Positions 11,022 through 19,616 of a DNA stretch of 29,252 bases are shown here, in pieces (position 1 is the stretch's first letter; the number at the start of each line of letters is the position of its first letter). The stretch is from an uncultured Lysobacterales bacterium (GTDB lineage Bacteria; Pseudomonadota; Gammaproteobacteria; Xanthomonadales; SZUA-36): positions 1 to 29,252 of the forward strand of contig CALJWY010000132.1 in NCBI GenBank assembly GCA_937974465.1. Reading direction: 5' to 3'. Both the position numbers and the translations under genes were made by a program. Under the pieces are notes generated by a model. It saw nothing but the letters and a program-made list of their open reading frames with translations, had not been told where the DNA came from and did no database searches.

Positions 11022-11378
11022 ATGGCTCGCATAGCGGGAGTCAACATACCAGACCAGAAACATGCATGGGTTGCATTGACTCATATTTATGGGGTCGGAC
11101 GCACACGTGCATTGGAAATTTGTGCGGCCGCAAAAGTAACGCCGGAGACGAAAATCAGAGATCTCACTGAACACGAGATTGAAGGTATTCGCTCAGAAGT
11201 GGCAAAAATCGCTGTTGAAGGTGATTTACGTCGCGACGTGGCAATGAACATCAAGCGTCTGATGGATCTCGGTTGTTATCGTGGTCTACGTCATCGCCGA
11301 GGTTTGCCGGTGCGTGGTCAGCGTACAAAAACGAACGCCCGTACCCGTAAGGGTCCCCGGCGTCCGATCAAGCGTTAA
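11022..11378 (+). CDS. rpsM: 30S ribosomal protein S13 (uS13)
   Basis: [10 protein letters not shown]...IYGVGR...[28 protein letters not shown]. Confidence 0.99.
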   Translation: MARIAGVNIPDQKHAWVALTHIYGVGRTRALEICAAAKVTPETKIRDLTEHEIEGIRSEVAKIAVEGDLRRDVAMNIKRLMDLGCYRGLRHRRGLPVRGQRTKTNARTRKGPRRPIKR

Positions 11379-11399
11379 GCGGTTGCAGGTGAATTACTA

Positions 11400-11789
11400 A
11401 TGGCAAAGCCAAACACAAAGACGAAAAAGAAGGTCAAAAAGGTCGTGGTCGATGGTATCGCCCACGTACATGCTTCTTTTAACAATACAATTATTACACT
11501 CAGTGACAGGCAGGGAAATGTTCTTTCCTGGGCTACATCCGGCGGTGCCGGGTTCCGTGGTTCACGCAAGAGTACGCCATTTGCCGCCCAGGTAGCAGCA
11601 GAGGCAGCTGGTAAAACCGCGCTTGATTTCGGTTTAAAGAACCTCGAAGTTCGCATCAAGGGCCCTGGTCCTGGTCGTGAGTCTTCGGTTCGTGCCCTGA
11701 ATGCACTGGGTTATAAGATAACCAACATTATTGACGTGACGCCGATTCCTCATAATGGTTGTCGTCCACCCAAGAAACGTCGCGTTTAG
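11400..11789 (+). CDS. rpsK: 30S ribosomal protein S11 (uS11)
   Basis: HASFNNTI...[14 protein letters not shown]...[18 protein letters not shown]. Confidence 0.99.
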   Translation: MAKPNTKTKKKVKKVVVDGIAHVHASFNNTIITLSDRQGNVLSWATSGGAGFRGSRKSTPFAAQVAAEAAGKTALDFGLKNLEVRIKGPGPGRESSVRALNALGYKITNIIDVTPIPHNGCRPPKKRRV

Positions 11790-11800
11790 GAGTTTTAGAA

Positions 11801-12427
11801 ATGGCAAGATATATTGGACCAACCTGTAAGCTCGCGCGTCGCGAAGGCGTTGACCTGGGCTTGAAGAGCCCGGCACGCGGCCTTGAGTCGAAGTGCAAAC
11901 TGAACCAGGTTCCCGGACAACATGGTGCCTCCAGGCGTCAGCGCTTGTCTGACTACGCGCTGCAGTTGCGCGAAAAGCAGAAAGTACGCCGTACCTATGG
12001 AGTACTGGAAAAACAGTTCAGTAATTACTACAAGAAAGCTGCCGGACAGAAAGGTGCTACGGGTGAAAACCTGCTGTTGTTGCTCGAAAGCCGTCTCGAT
12101 AACGTCGTTTATCGTATGGGTTTTGCCGTAACTCGCGCCCAGGCTCGTCAGCTTGTTTCACACAAGGCCATCATGGTCAACGGTAGCCAGGTAAACATTC
12201 CTTCATACCAGGTGAAGCCGGGTGATGTTGTCAGTATTGCTGAGAAGGCAAAGAATCAGTTACGTGTTAAAGAAGCAATTACATTAAGCCAGGAAATGGA
12301 TCTGGCGGCTGTATGGATGGAAGTCAGCAACGAGAAAATGGAAGGGCTGTATAAATCCTATCCTGATCGGAATGATTTACCGGCCGACATCAACGAAAGC
12401 CTGATTGTCGAGCTTTATTCCAAGTAA
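11801..12427 (+). CDS. rpsD: 30S ribosomal protein S4 (uS4)
   Basis: [16 protein letters not shown]...[11 protein letters not shown]...[14 protein letters not shown]; true ATG at 11801 after an AGGAG SD. Confidence 0.99.
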   Translation: MARYIGPTCKLARREGVDLGLKSPARGLESKCKLNQVPGQHGASRRQRLSDYALQLREKQKVRRTYGVLEKQFSNYYKKAAGQKGATGENLLLLLESRLDNVVYRMGFAVTRAQARQLVSHKAIMVNGSQVNIPSYQVKPGDVVSIAEKAKNQLRVKEAITLSQEMDLAAVWMEVSNEKMEGLYKSYPDRNDLPADINESLIVELYSK

Positions 12428-12438
12428 TAACTTGGTAT

Positions 12439-12460
12439 TTCTACCAGCTTTCTGGTGGAA
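12439..12460 (+). other. Hairpin in the rpsD-rpoA spacer
   Basis: TTCTACCAG-CTTT-CTGGTGGAA, 9 bp including one G-U, no clear U-tract. Confidence 0.4.
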
Positions 12461-12498
12461 CTATTTAAACAGATTAACTATTTAGTGAGGTACATCCC

Positions 12499-13485
12499 AT
12501 GATGGATGTGATTGAAAGCATGTTAAGGCCCAGGGCGGTTGGTGTTGATGAGATCAACGCGAATCGTGCGCGTATTGCACTCGAACCATTGGAGCGAGGC
12601 TTTGGACATACCCTGGGTAACGCATTACGTCGTGTATTACTGTCCTCAATTCCAGGCTACGCAATCGTAGAAGTGGAAATTGATGGTGTATTGCATGAAT
12701 ACACTGCGGTTGAGGGTTTGCAGGAAGATATTATCGAAGTACTGCTGAATCTCAAGGGTGTCGCTTTGCGTATGTTTGAACGTGAAGAGGCAGTCTTGAC
12801 CTTGAGCAAGAAAGGTCAGGGACCGGTTACTGCGGCTGATATCCAGGTTGATCATAACGTAGAGGTTGTTAACCCGGATCACCTGATCTGTACGCTTTCC
12901 AAAAGCGGCAGTATCAATATGCAGATTAAAGTTCGTCGTGGTGTTGGTTACCAGGCCGCTAACCAGGTTCTGGTTAACGAAGAAGAAAGTCGTCCTATTG
13001 GCCGCTTGATGCTTGATGCGTCATTCTGTCCGGTACGTCGGGTTTCCTACTCGGTTGAAACAGCACGTGTTGAACAACGTACCGATCTTGATAAGTTGAT
13101 CCTGGATGTCGAAACCAATGGCACCATGGATTGTGAGGCTGCTGTAAAAATGGCGGCAAACATCCTGGCGGACCAGTTGGCAGTATTTGTTGACTTCAAG
13201 GCGCGTACCGAAATTGTTGAAGAAGAGAAGTCACAGGAAATAGACCCTGTGTTGCTTCGACCAATTGACGATTTGGAATTGACGGTACGTTCAGCTAACT
13301 GCCTCAAAGCAGAAAGTATTTTATACATTGGCGATCTGGTTCAGAGAACTGAAGTTGAACTTTTGAAAACACCCAATCTTGGCAAGAAATCCTTGACCGA
13401 AATCAAGGACGTGCTGGCTCAGCATGAATTGTCATTGGGTACCAAACTTGAAAATTGGCCACCGGCCGCGCTGGTAGACTCTTAA
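12499..13485 (+). CDS. rpoA: DNA-directed RNA polymerase subunit alpha
   Basis: [23 protein letters not shown]...[11 protein letters not shown]...[12 protein letters not shown]...[13 protein letters not shown]. Confidence 0.99.
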   Translation: MMDVIESMLRPRAVGVDEINANRARIALEPLERGFGHTLGNALRRVLLSSIPGYAIVEVEIDGVLHEYTAVEGLQEDIIEVLLNLKGVALRMFEREEAVLTLSKKGQGPVTAADIQVDHNVEVVNPDHLICTLSKSGSINMQIKVRRGVGYQAANQVLVNEEESRPIGRLMLDASFCPVRRVSYSVETARVEQRTDLDKLILDVETNGTMDCEAAVKMAANILADQLAVFVDFKARTEIVEEEKSQEIDPVLLRPIDDLELTVRSANCLKAESILYIGDLVQRTEVELLKTPNLGKKSLTEIKDVLAQHELSLGTKLENWPPAALVDS

Positions 13486-13519
13486 GTCTCAAAACAGCAC
13501 ACGGAAATAGGAACGAGAT

Positions 13520-13903
13520 ATGCGTCATTTAAAATCGGGACGTAAACTGAATCGTAACAGCAGTCACAGAAAAGCCATGTTTCGCAATATGGCCAACTCA
13601 CTGTTTGAACACGAGATCATCAAAACGACCGTCCCCAAGGCAAAAGAGCTGCGTCGTGTAGCAGAGCCGCTTATCACTCTGGCGAAGGATGACAGTGTTG
13701 CTCACCGCAGACTGGCATTTGACAGGCTGCGTGATAAAGAATCTGTCGGTAAATTGTTCAACGAAATAGGACCTCGATATGTGGAGCGTCCGGGTGGATA
13801 TTTGCGCATCCTGAAATGCGGATACCGTACCGGTGACAAGGCTCCCATGGCTTATGTCGAGCTGGTTGGTCGTCCACGCGAGGACGATGAGTCAGAAGCT
13901 TAG
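13520..13903 (+). CDS. rplQ: 50S ribosomal protein L17 (bL17)
   Basis: [20 protein letters not shown]...[10 protein letters not shown]...[10 protein letters not shown]. Confidence 0.99.
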   Translation: MRHLKSGRKLNRNSSHRKAMFRNMANSLFEHEIIKTTVPKAKELRRVAEPLITLAKDDSVAHRRLAFDRLRDKESVGKLFNEIGPRYVERPGGYLRILKCGYRTGDKAPMAYVELVGRPREDDESEA

Positions 13904-13925
13904 CCACACAGCAGTCATGAATAAG

Positions 13926-13954
13926 AAAAAGCCCGGTATGTCCGGGCTTTTTTT
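13926..13954. terminator. Bidirectional intrinsic terminator between convergent rplQ and feoB
   Basis: AAAAA-GCCCGG-TATGT-CCGGGC-TTTTTTT. Confidence 0.9.
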
Positions 13955-13995
13955 ATGCGTGTTGAAAGGTTGCTAGAAACCAGCCAGCTAAATGG

Positions 13996-16149
13996 TTAAA
14001 ACATACTGCCTACCTGGTAAATGATAAATGCACCTGAGTATCCTATGCTGGTCATGTAGACCCAGGCGAATATAGGCCAGCGCCAACCATTGGTCTCCCG
14101 CCTGATGGTAGCAAGGGTCGCCGCGCACTGCAGACACCAGGCATAGAAAACAAGCATGCCGAGTACCATGGGCAAAGTAAAAATCGGCCTGCCGTCCGGC
14201 CATTTTGCAGCTCTGAGCTTTTCTGACAGGCTGTGATCATCGGCCTCTGCACCGACCGCGTATATCGTTCCCATCACCGCCACGACCACTTCACGCGCAG
14301 GAAACCCGGCAACTACAGCCGATGATACGCGCCAATCCCAGCCAAGCGGTTTGAACACGGGCTCAATGGTGCGGCCAATACGTCCCAGCCAGCTTTGTTC
14401 CATTTGTGCTGCAGAGCGTGCATTCTGCAGGCCTTGTTGAACCTGTAAGGTGCTTCCTGGTTCGATTGACACGGTTGGCTCTACTTCCATACGTGGGAAA
14501 TATGCCAGCGTCCAGACCAGGATCGCCACCACGAAGATGACGGTGCCGGCGCGTTTGAGGAATATTCGTCCGCGATCAAACAGCTTTATGGCGACGGTTT
14601 GCAGGTTTGGTATACGAAATTCCGGCAGTGCCAACATGAAATGTGGCTTGGGACCTTTTAAGGCAGAGGACTTGAGCATCAGGGCGGTACCCAATCCACC
14701 AATAATGCCAAGCAGATAGAGTGCGAACAGAACCAGGCCTTGTAAATTCATCCACCCCACAGACTCATTGGGCACAAAAGCCGCAATCAATAAGGCGTAA
14801 ATTGGAAGCCTCGCCGAACAGGTCATAAATGGCGCAGCAAGAATGGTGGCAATTCGATCCCTGCGATCCGGAATGACCCTTGTAGCCATTATTGACGGTA
14901 CTGCACAGGCAAAGCTGGAGAGCATGGGGATTACCGATTGCCCGGATAGTCCGACGGTCCGCATTACCCGGTCCATTAGAAAAGACGTACGGGCCAGGTA
15001 GCCTGTGTCTTCCAGAATAATAATGAACAGGAATAAGATTAAAATCTGCGGTAGAAATATGATCACGCTACCAACACCAGCGATGACGCCATCTGCGAGA
15101 AAGCTGCTGAATGCGTTTGTGCCGAGGGTCGCCACCAGCCATTGACCCAGCTCCGAGCCGGCTGAATCTATCAGATCCATCATTGGTGTAGCCCAGGTAA
15201 ATACGGCCTGGAAAACAAGCAATAAAACCGCAAAGAATAGCAGGGTCGCGGGCCATGGCTGGTTTGTCCAGCGCACCAGGCGGGCACCCAGTTTCTCATA
15301 TAGCGGAGCCTGAACCTGGACGTCTTCAATCACGGTTTTAACCCATTGATATCGACGGCGCGCCTCGACCGCTACTGGCGGGTCATCGCCGAACAGGCGT
15401 GATCGCAAACCATCGACTGTCTCATGCCCCAATTGATCGCTCAATTTGCCCTCAAACCCAGGATGGGATTGCAGCAGGGCCTGGATGATATCAATACGTT
15501 GCCAGTCGGATCCCAGTTGTTGTGATAACTGTTGAGCCGTTTCGCTCAGCTCAGGCCAGGAAGCGGGTATTGCAGGCGTTTCGACTTCCGTGACGTGTTC
15601 GAGACCTTCTTTAAGTTCATCCAGTCCATGGCCACTGATACTGCTGACAGGGTAGACAGGTATTCCACCCAAAGCCTTTTGAAGCCCCTCAATATCTATC
15701 TTGATACCGTTGGCAGTGGCGGCATCGATCATCGTCAGCGCCACCATGGTTGGCAGTTGCAATTCCAGCAACTGTTCCATCATATAGAGGCCCTGGTAAA
15801 TGTGGGTGGCATCAATCACCACCAACAAACCGGAGGGGCGCTGGGTTCCCGGCACCCGTCCGAGTATGACATCTACGGCAATACGCTCATCGACGGATGT
15901 GCCATCAAGGCTGTAAATTCCGGGCAGATCCACCAGGTTAAGTGCGCTGTTACCAAGCTCAACCGTGCCCTCGTGTTTTTCAACGGTCACGCCGGGAAAG
16001 TTTGCGGTGGTCTGGCGCAATCCGGTCAAGCGATTGAACAGGGTGCTTTTGCCGGTATTCGGATTACCGATAAGTGCGATCGATGCGCGGGCCTTGTGCC
16101 GAATACCAATACCACTGATTGGTATCTTTACTTCAGTACTTTCAATCAC
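13996..16149 (-). CDS. feoB: Ferrous iron transporter FeoB
   Basis: N-terminal GTPase (GNPNTGKST, NFPGVTVE, DLPG) plus membrane domain with SFACAVP, PFMTCSARLP, GFPAREVVV, CLQCAAT; GTG start overlaps the feoA stop. Confidence 0.96.
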   Translation of the reverse strand: MIESTEVKIPISGIGIRHKARASIALIGNPNTGKSTLFNRLTGLRQTTANFPGVTVEKHEGTVELGNSALNLVDLPGIYSLDGTSVDERIAVDVILGRVPGTQRPSGLLVVIDATHIYQGLYMMEQLLELQLPTMVALTMIDAATANGIKIDIEGLQKALGGIPVYPVSSISGHGLDELKEGLEHVTEVETPAIPASWPELSETAQQLSQQLGSDWQRIDIIQALLQSHPGFEGKLSDQLGHETVDGLRSRLFGDDPPVAVEARRRYQWVKTVIEDVQVQAPLYEKLGARLVRWTNQPWPATLLFFAVLLLVFQAVFTWATPMMDLIDSAGSELGQWLVATLGTNAFSSFLADGVIAGVGSVIIFLPQILILFLFIIILEDTGYLARTSFLMDRVMRTVGLSGQSVIPMLSSFACAVPSIMATRVIPDRRDRIATILAAPFMTCSARLPIYALLIAAFVPNESVGWMNLQGLVLFALYLLGIIGGLGTALMLKSSALKGPKPHFMLALPEFRIPNLQTVAIKLFDRGRIFLKRAGTVIFVVAILVWTLAYFPRMEVEPTVSIEPGSTLQVQQGLQNARSAAQMEQSWLGRIGRTIEPVFKPLGWDWRVSSAVVAGFPAREVVVAVMGTIYAVGAEADDHSLSEKLRAAKWPDGRPIFTLPMVLGMLVFYAWCLQCAATLATIRRETNGWRWPIFAWVYMTSIGYSGAFIIYQVGSMF

Positions 16150-16388
16150 TTTGATGGCGAACTGTTGATCCGGGAAACCTTAAAGTGGCGGGCCTGTTCC
16201 TTACGTAATGAAATGGAACTGCCAAAGAAGCCAATTTCAAGCGGGTCGCCACCAATGGCAACATTCTCCATACGCACGGTAATATCCTCTACCATGCCAA
16301 GGACCATTAAACGAATGACACCAGGATCGCGGGTGTCGATTTTATCCAATTTGGCAGTTTCGCCGGGTGCCAGATCTGCAAGTGTCAT
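16146..16388 (-). CDS. feoA: Ferrous iron transport protein FeoA
   Basis: 80 aa, MTLADL.PGE...RLMVLGM...GGDPLEI...ISLRKEQA; directly upstream of feoB. Confidence 0.93.
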   Translation of the reverse strand: MTLADLAPGETAKLDKIDTRDPGVIRLMVLGMVEDITVRMENVAIGGDPLEIGFFGSSISLRKEQARHFKVSRINSSPSK

Positions 16389-16407
16389 GATTGTTCCTAA
16401 AAATGTA

Positions 16408-16426
16408 AATGAGAGCTATTCTCATT
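16408..16426. promoter_or_regulatory. Fur box 1 upstream of feoA
   Basis: Palindrome AATGAGA-GCTAT-TCTCATT, 20 nt upstream of the feoA ATG. Confidence 0.75.
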
Positions 16427-16480
16427 AAAGATGGTATTGTAAATCATCTACATACAAAAGTTACATAACCTAGATCAATT

Positions 16481-16499
16481 AAATGCGAATCATTTCAAT
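16481..16499. promoter_or_regulatory. Fur box 2 upstream of feoA
   Basis: AAATGCGAATCATTTCAAT; the core AATGCGAATCATT matches 11/13 of AATGATAATCATT. Confidence 0.6.
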
Positions 16500-16566
16500 A
16501 TAAATGTTGACACATGGTGCCCATGAAAAGATTTTGCGACCCGGGTGCAACGGATTGATGTATAAA

Positions 16567-17793
16567 TCAGAAGAGTTTTTTCTGCCAGCGCCCCGATTTG
16601 AGCAGGCCACAACAGGCGTTGGCCTGAAAGTGATACAGCCAATGGTTGACTGCGGGAACATCAAAAACTGCAATATCTGCTGCAAAGCCCGGCAGCAATG
16701 AGCCAATTCGGTGCTCAGCTGCAATCGCCCGTGCAGCAACACTGGTAGCCCCCATAAGGACTTCCTGGGGTGTCATTTGCTGGTTGATGCAGGCCAGGGT
16801 CATGGCAAGAGGCAAATGAAAGCTGGGTGCCGAGCCCGGATTGAAATCCGTTGCCACGGCCACCCTGACGCCCGCATTGAGCATTTCCCTCGCCGGTAAA
16901 TAGCGTTCCCGCAGGTAGAGTGATGCAAGCGGCAGGCTGACTGCTACGGTGCCTGCTCGTTCAAGTGCCTGGATGCCTGCTTCATCAGCATATTCAAGAT
17001 GTTCTGCAGACACTGCGCCAAACTCGGCCGCCAGTTGTGCGCCACCACCGCAGCTCAATTGATCGGCGTGTACCTTGATCTTCAGTCCTGCACCCTTGGC
17101 AGCAGAGAGAATCTGCCTGGCTTCGGAGACGGAATAAGCGCCTTGTTCCACAAATATGTCGCAAAATTGAGCCAGCTCCTGCTCAGCGACTTCCGGGATA
17201 AGTTGTTGGCATAAGAGGTCGATGTATTCACTGCGTCGCTGTTGATACTCGTCCGGCACCATGTGTGCGCCTAAAAAGGTGGGGACAAGTTCTACCGCCT
17301 GCTGTTCGTCCAGGCGGCGGTACACCTGTAATTGTTTCAGTTCAGATAGCCGCTCAAGCCCATAGCCGGATTTACATTCTAGCGTCGTAATACCCAGGTC
17401 GCGTATCTGCTCCAGTGCCTTAAGGGCTTTTTCTGTCAACTGCTCGATGGAACTGGACCGGGTTGCCGCTACCGTGCTGCGTATGCCCCCGCCGGCAGCC
17501 GCGATTTCCTGGTAACTGCGCCCCTGCAAACGCATTTCAAATTCGTCACCACGCCAGCCACCAAAGCAGAGATGGGTATGGCAGTCGATCAGTCCGGGTG
17601 TCACCAGCCGGCCGCCACAGTCAATGGATTCCTGCCCAGCGAAGCGGGCCGGCAATTGATGCTCTTCACCAACCCACTCAACGAGGTTGTCTGCAAACAC
17701 CAATGCAGCGTTATCGATCAACCCCGCATCCTGCTGGGGGGCGCCGGGAGGGCAGGTGGCCAACTGGCCTATATTCCTAAAGACTGTCACCAC
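16567..17793 (-). CDS. hutI: Imidazolonepropionase
   Basis: PGLIDCHTHL, RSYQEIAAAGGGIRSTV, ECKSGYGL, KVHADQL, SAEHLE, ATDFNPGS: amidohydrolase metal ligands intact. Confidence 0.96.
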   Translation of the reverse strand: MVTVFRNIGQLATCPPGAPQQDAGLIDNAALVFADNLVEWVGEEHQLPARFAGQESIDCGGRLVTPGLIDCHTHLCFGGWRGDEFEMRLQGRSYQEIAAAGGGIRSTVAATRSSSIEQLTEKALKALEQIRDLGITTLECKSGYGLERLSELKQLQVYRRLDEQQAVELVPTFLGAHMVPDEYQQRRSEYIDLLCQQLIPEVAEQELAQFCDIFVEQGAYSVSEARQILSAAKGAGLKIKVHADQLSCGGGAQLAAEFGAVSAEHLEYADEAGIQALERAGTVAVSLPLASLYLRERYLPAREMLNAGVRVAVATDFNPGSAPSFHLPLAMTLACINQQMTPQEVLMGATSVAARAIAAEHRIGSLLPGFAADIAVFDVPAVNHWLYHFQANACCGLLKSGRWQKKLF

Positions 17794-17833
17794 TGTCGTG
17801 TGTGCGCTTGCAAGTGCATGTCATGTATCCGTA

Positions 17834-19342
17834 TTAGCCAAGTGGACCCAACTCGTTTTCAACCGCTTTCACCAGTCTGCCGTTGCGCAATATCTCGGCA
17901 CACAGGTCGAGATCGTTTCTGACTTCGTAATCCTTTATCGCGTGCTCGACCTCTTTGCGCAGTGCCTTGTGAGAGATGGAAACTCCATAGCCAGGTTGAA
18001 ACTCAGCTCTGAAATCCAGTGCCTGGGCCGATGTCAGTAACTCAACTGCCAGAACCCGCTCGACATTTCTCAGCACAGCGGCGAGTTTAAAGGCGCTGAT
18101 GGAACCCATGCTGACATGGTCTTCCTGGCCAAGACTGGTCGGAATGGAATCGACAGATGCTGGATGGCAAAGGATTTTATTTTCTGAAACCAGTGCGGCG
18201 GCTGTGTACTGTGGAATCATGAAGCCCGAATTAACACCCGTGTCATGCATCAGCAGTTTTGGCAGGCCGTCGTGGCCCTCCAGCAGCAAATAGGTTCGGC
18301 GTTCAGAAATACTGCCAAGCTCGGCCAGGGCAATCGCCGCAAAATCCATTGCCAGGGCCAGTGGCTGGCCATGAAAATTACCCCCAGAAATAATGTCGCC
18401 CTGCTCAAATACGAGCGGGTTGTCGGTGACTGAATTCAACTCGGTTTCAATGGTTTTGCGTGCGAAATCCAGGGCATCACGACTGGCTCCATGTACTTGT
18501 GGGACGCAGCGCAGGCTGTATGGATCCTGGACTTTGCCACAGTCACGATGCGCAGCGAGAATTTCGCTACCCTCCAACAAACGCCGGATGTTGGAGGCAA
18601 CGACCTGTTGGCCGTGATGCGGCCTGATCGCATGAATTCTCTCGTCAAATGGGGCCGCGCTACCTTGCAACGCTTCAAGACTCATGGCAGCCAGCAAGTC
18701 GGCCTCACGTTGCAGAACCAGTGTGCGTTCAAGCACATAAGCACCATAAGCTGCCATCATCTGGGTACCATTGATCAGGGCCAGTCCGTCCTTTGCCTGC
18801 AGGCTGACGGCCTGGATGCCTTTTGCTTGCAGGACATCTGCGGCAGGTACCCGGTTAGAGAGGGCCTCATCCCAGACGTCACCTTTGCCAATCAGTGGCA
18901 GACACATGTGAGCCAGCGGAGCGAGGTCACCGGATGCGCCGACACTGCCTCTGCTTGGCACCCAGGGCAGAACACCCTTTTCTTCAAGCAAGAGCAACTG
19001 TTTAAAGGTTGCCTCTGATACCCCTGAGTAACCAAGGCTCAACGAATGTATTTTAAGTTGCAGCATCAAACGGGTGACTTCAGGTGGAACGGGGTCACCC
19101 ATACCACAGGCATGACTCAACAGGATATTTCGCTGCAGGGTGGCCAGTTTATCCTGGGAAATACGCTTGTTGGCTAAAACCCCAAACCCGGTATTGATAC
19201 CATAGTGCGCTTCACCATCTTCGAGCGCCAGTTCAACAATTTTTCGTGACTGGGTGACCGCGTCATGCCGCTCTCGCAGTTGCGCCATGCTGACATCCAG
19301 GTCGTCGTATAAATGGTCCAGCCGTATATAGGGAGAGCTCAT
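17834..19342 (-). CDS. hutH: Histidine ammonia-lyase
   Basis: YGINTGFG, GSVGASGDLAPLAH (MIO-forming ASG), LINGTQ, VQDPYSLRCVPQVHG, GGNFHGQP, QEDHVSMG. Confidence 0.96.
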   Translation of the reverse strand: MSSPYIRLDHLYDDLDVSMAQLRERHDAVTQSRKIVELALEDGEAHYGINTGFGVLANKRISQDKLATLQRNILLSHACGMGDPVPPEVTRLMLQLKIHSLSLGYSGVSEATFKQLLLLEEKGVLPWVPSRGSVGASGDLAPLAHMCLPLIGKGDVWDEALSNRVPAADVLQAKGIQAVSLQAKDGLALINGTQMMAAYGAYVLERTLVLQREADLLAAMSLEALQGSAAPFDERIHAIRPHHGQQVVASNIRRLLEGSEILAAHRDCGKVQDPYSLRCVPQVHGASRDALDFARKTIETELNSVTDNPLVFEQGDIISGGNFHGQPLALAMDFAAIALAELGSISERRTYLLLEGHDGLPKLLMHDTGVNSGFMIPQYTAAALVSENKILCHPASVDSIPTSLGQEDHVSMGSISAFKLAAVLRNVERVLAVELLTSAQALDFRAEFQPGYGVSISHKALRKEVEHAIKDYEVRNDLDLCAEILRNGRLVKAVENELGPLG

Positions 19343-19523
19343 ACTTGTTCTTCGCCGTTATTCATTGGTGGATAAATGCCACGCTCGTTGGCAATCAACA
19401 TTCCTGGGGCTATTCAGCCACACCCGGGTCCAGATTATTCATCAACATCCACATGGCGGCCTCCTGATGGCAGCTGATTTTTGTGCCGGTTGGTGTCTTT
19501 ATGGGTGCATTTTTTGTGTTCAT
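19339..19523 (-). pseudogene. hutU: Vestige of urocanate hydratase, internally deleted and interrupted by a stop
   Basis: Hand translation from ATG 19523: MNTKNAPIKTPTGTKISCHQEAAMWMLMNNLDPGVAE*PQE, matching the urocanase N-terminal motif EAxxRMLMNNLDPxVAE. A second frame (19401-19339) gives MLIANERGIYPPMNNGEEQV*, similar to the urocanase C-terminal end, and its TGA overlaps the hutH ATG. Confidence 0.85.
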
Positions 19524-19558
19524 TACTGTACAGTCACTATCCTGAAAGATTTGTTCAA

Positions 19559-19567
19559 ATTATAGCA
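19559..19567 (-). promoter_or_regulatory. Extended -10 promoter for the hutU'-hutH-hutI unit
   Basis: Minus strand TGCTATAAT = perfect TGnTATAAT, ~35 nt upstream of the hutU vestige start. Confidence 0.65.
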
Positions 19568-19616
19568 GTCAATAAGGCGTTGGCTGTGGTATTACCGATA
19601 AATAGATGGATTGGAT

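Noticed and set aside
13970-13978. TTGCTAGAA here and its reverse complement at 27190-27198, both just after hairpins
   Set aside because: Only a 9-nt core with weak flanking similarity; consistent with chance in 29 kb.
15532-16428. 298-aa plus-strand ORF antisense to feoB/feoA
   Set aside because: It fully overlaps two well-supported genes on the opposite strand, has no recognisable motifs and runs through a Fur box. It is a shadow ORF.
19525-19534. Palindrome ACTGTACAGT upstream of the hutU relic as a HutC operator
   Set aside because: It does not match the TGTA-N2-TACA-type HutC site I recall, and no hutC is present in the window.
19365-19565. 66-aa plus-strand ORF in the hutH-dsbB gap
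   Set aside because: It is the antisense of the hutU vestige; no independent evidence of coding.
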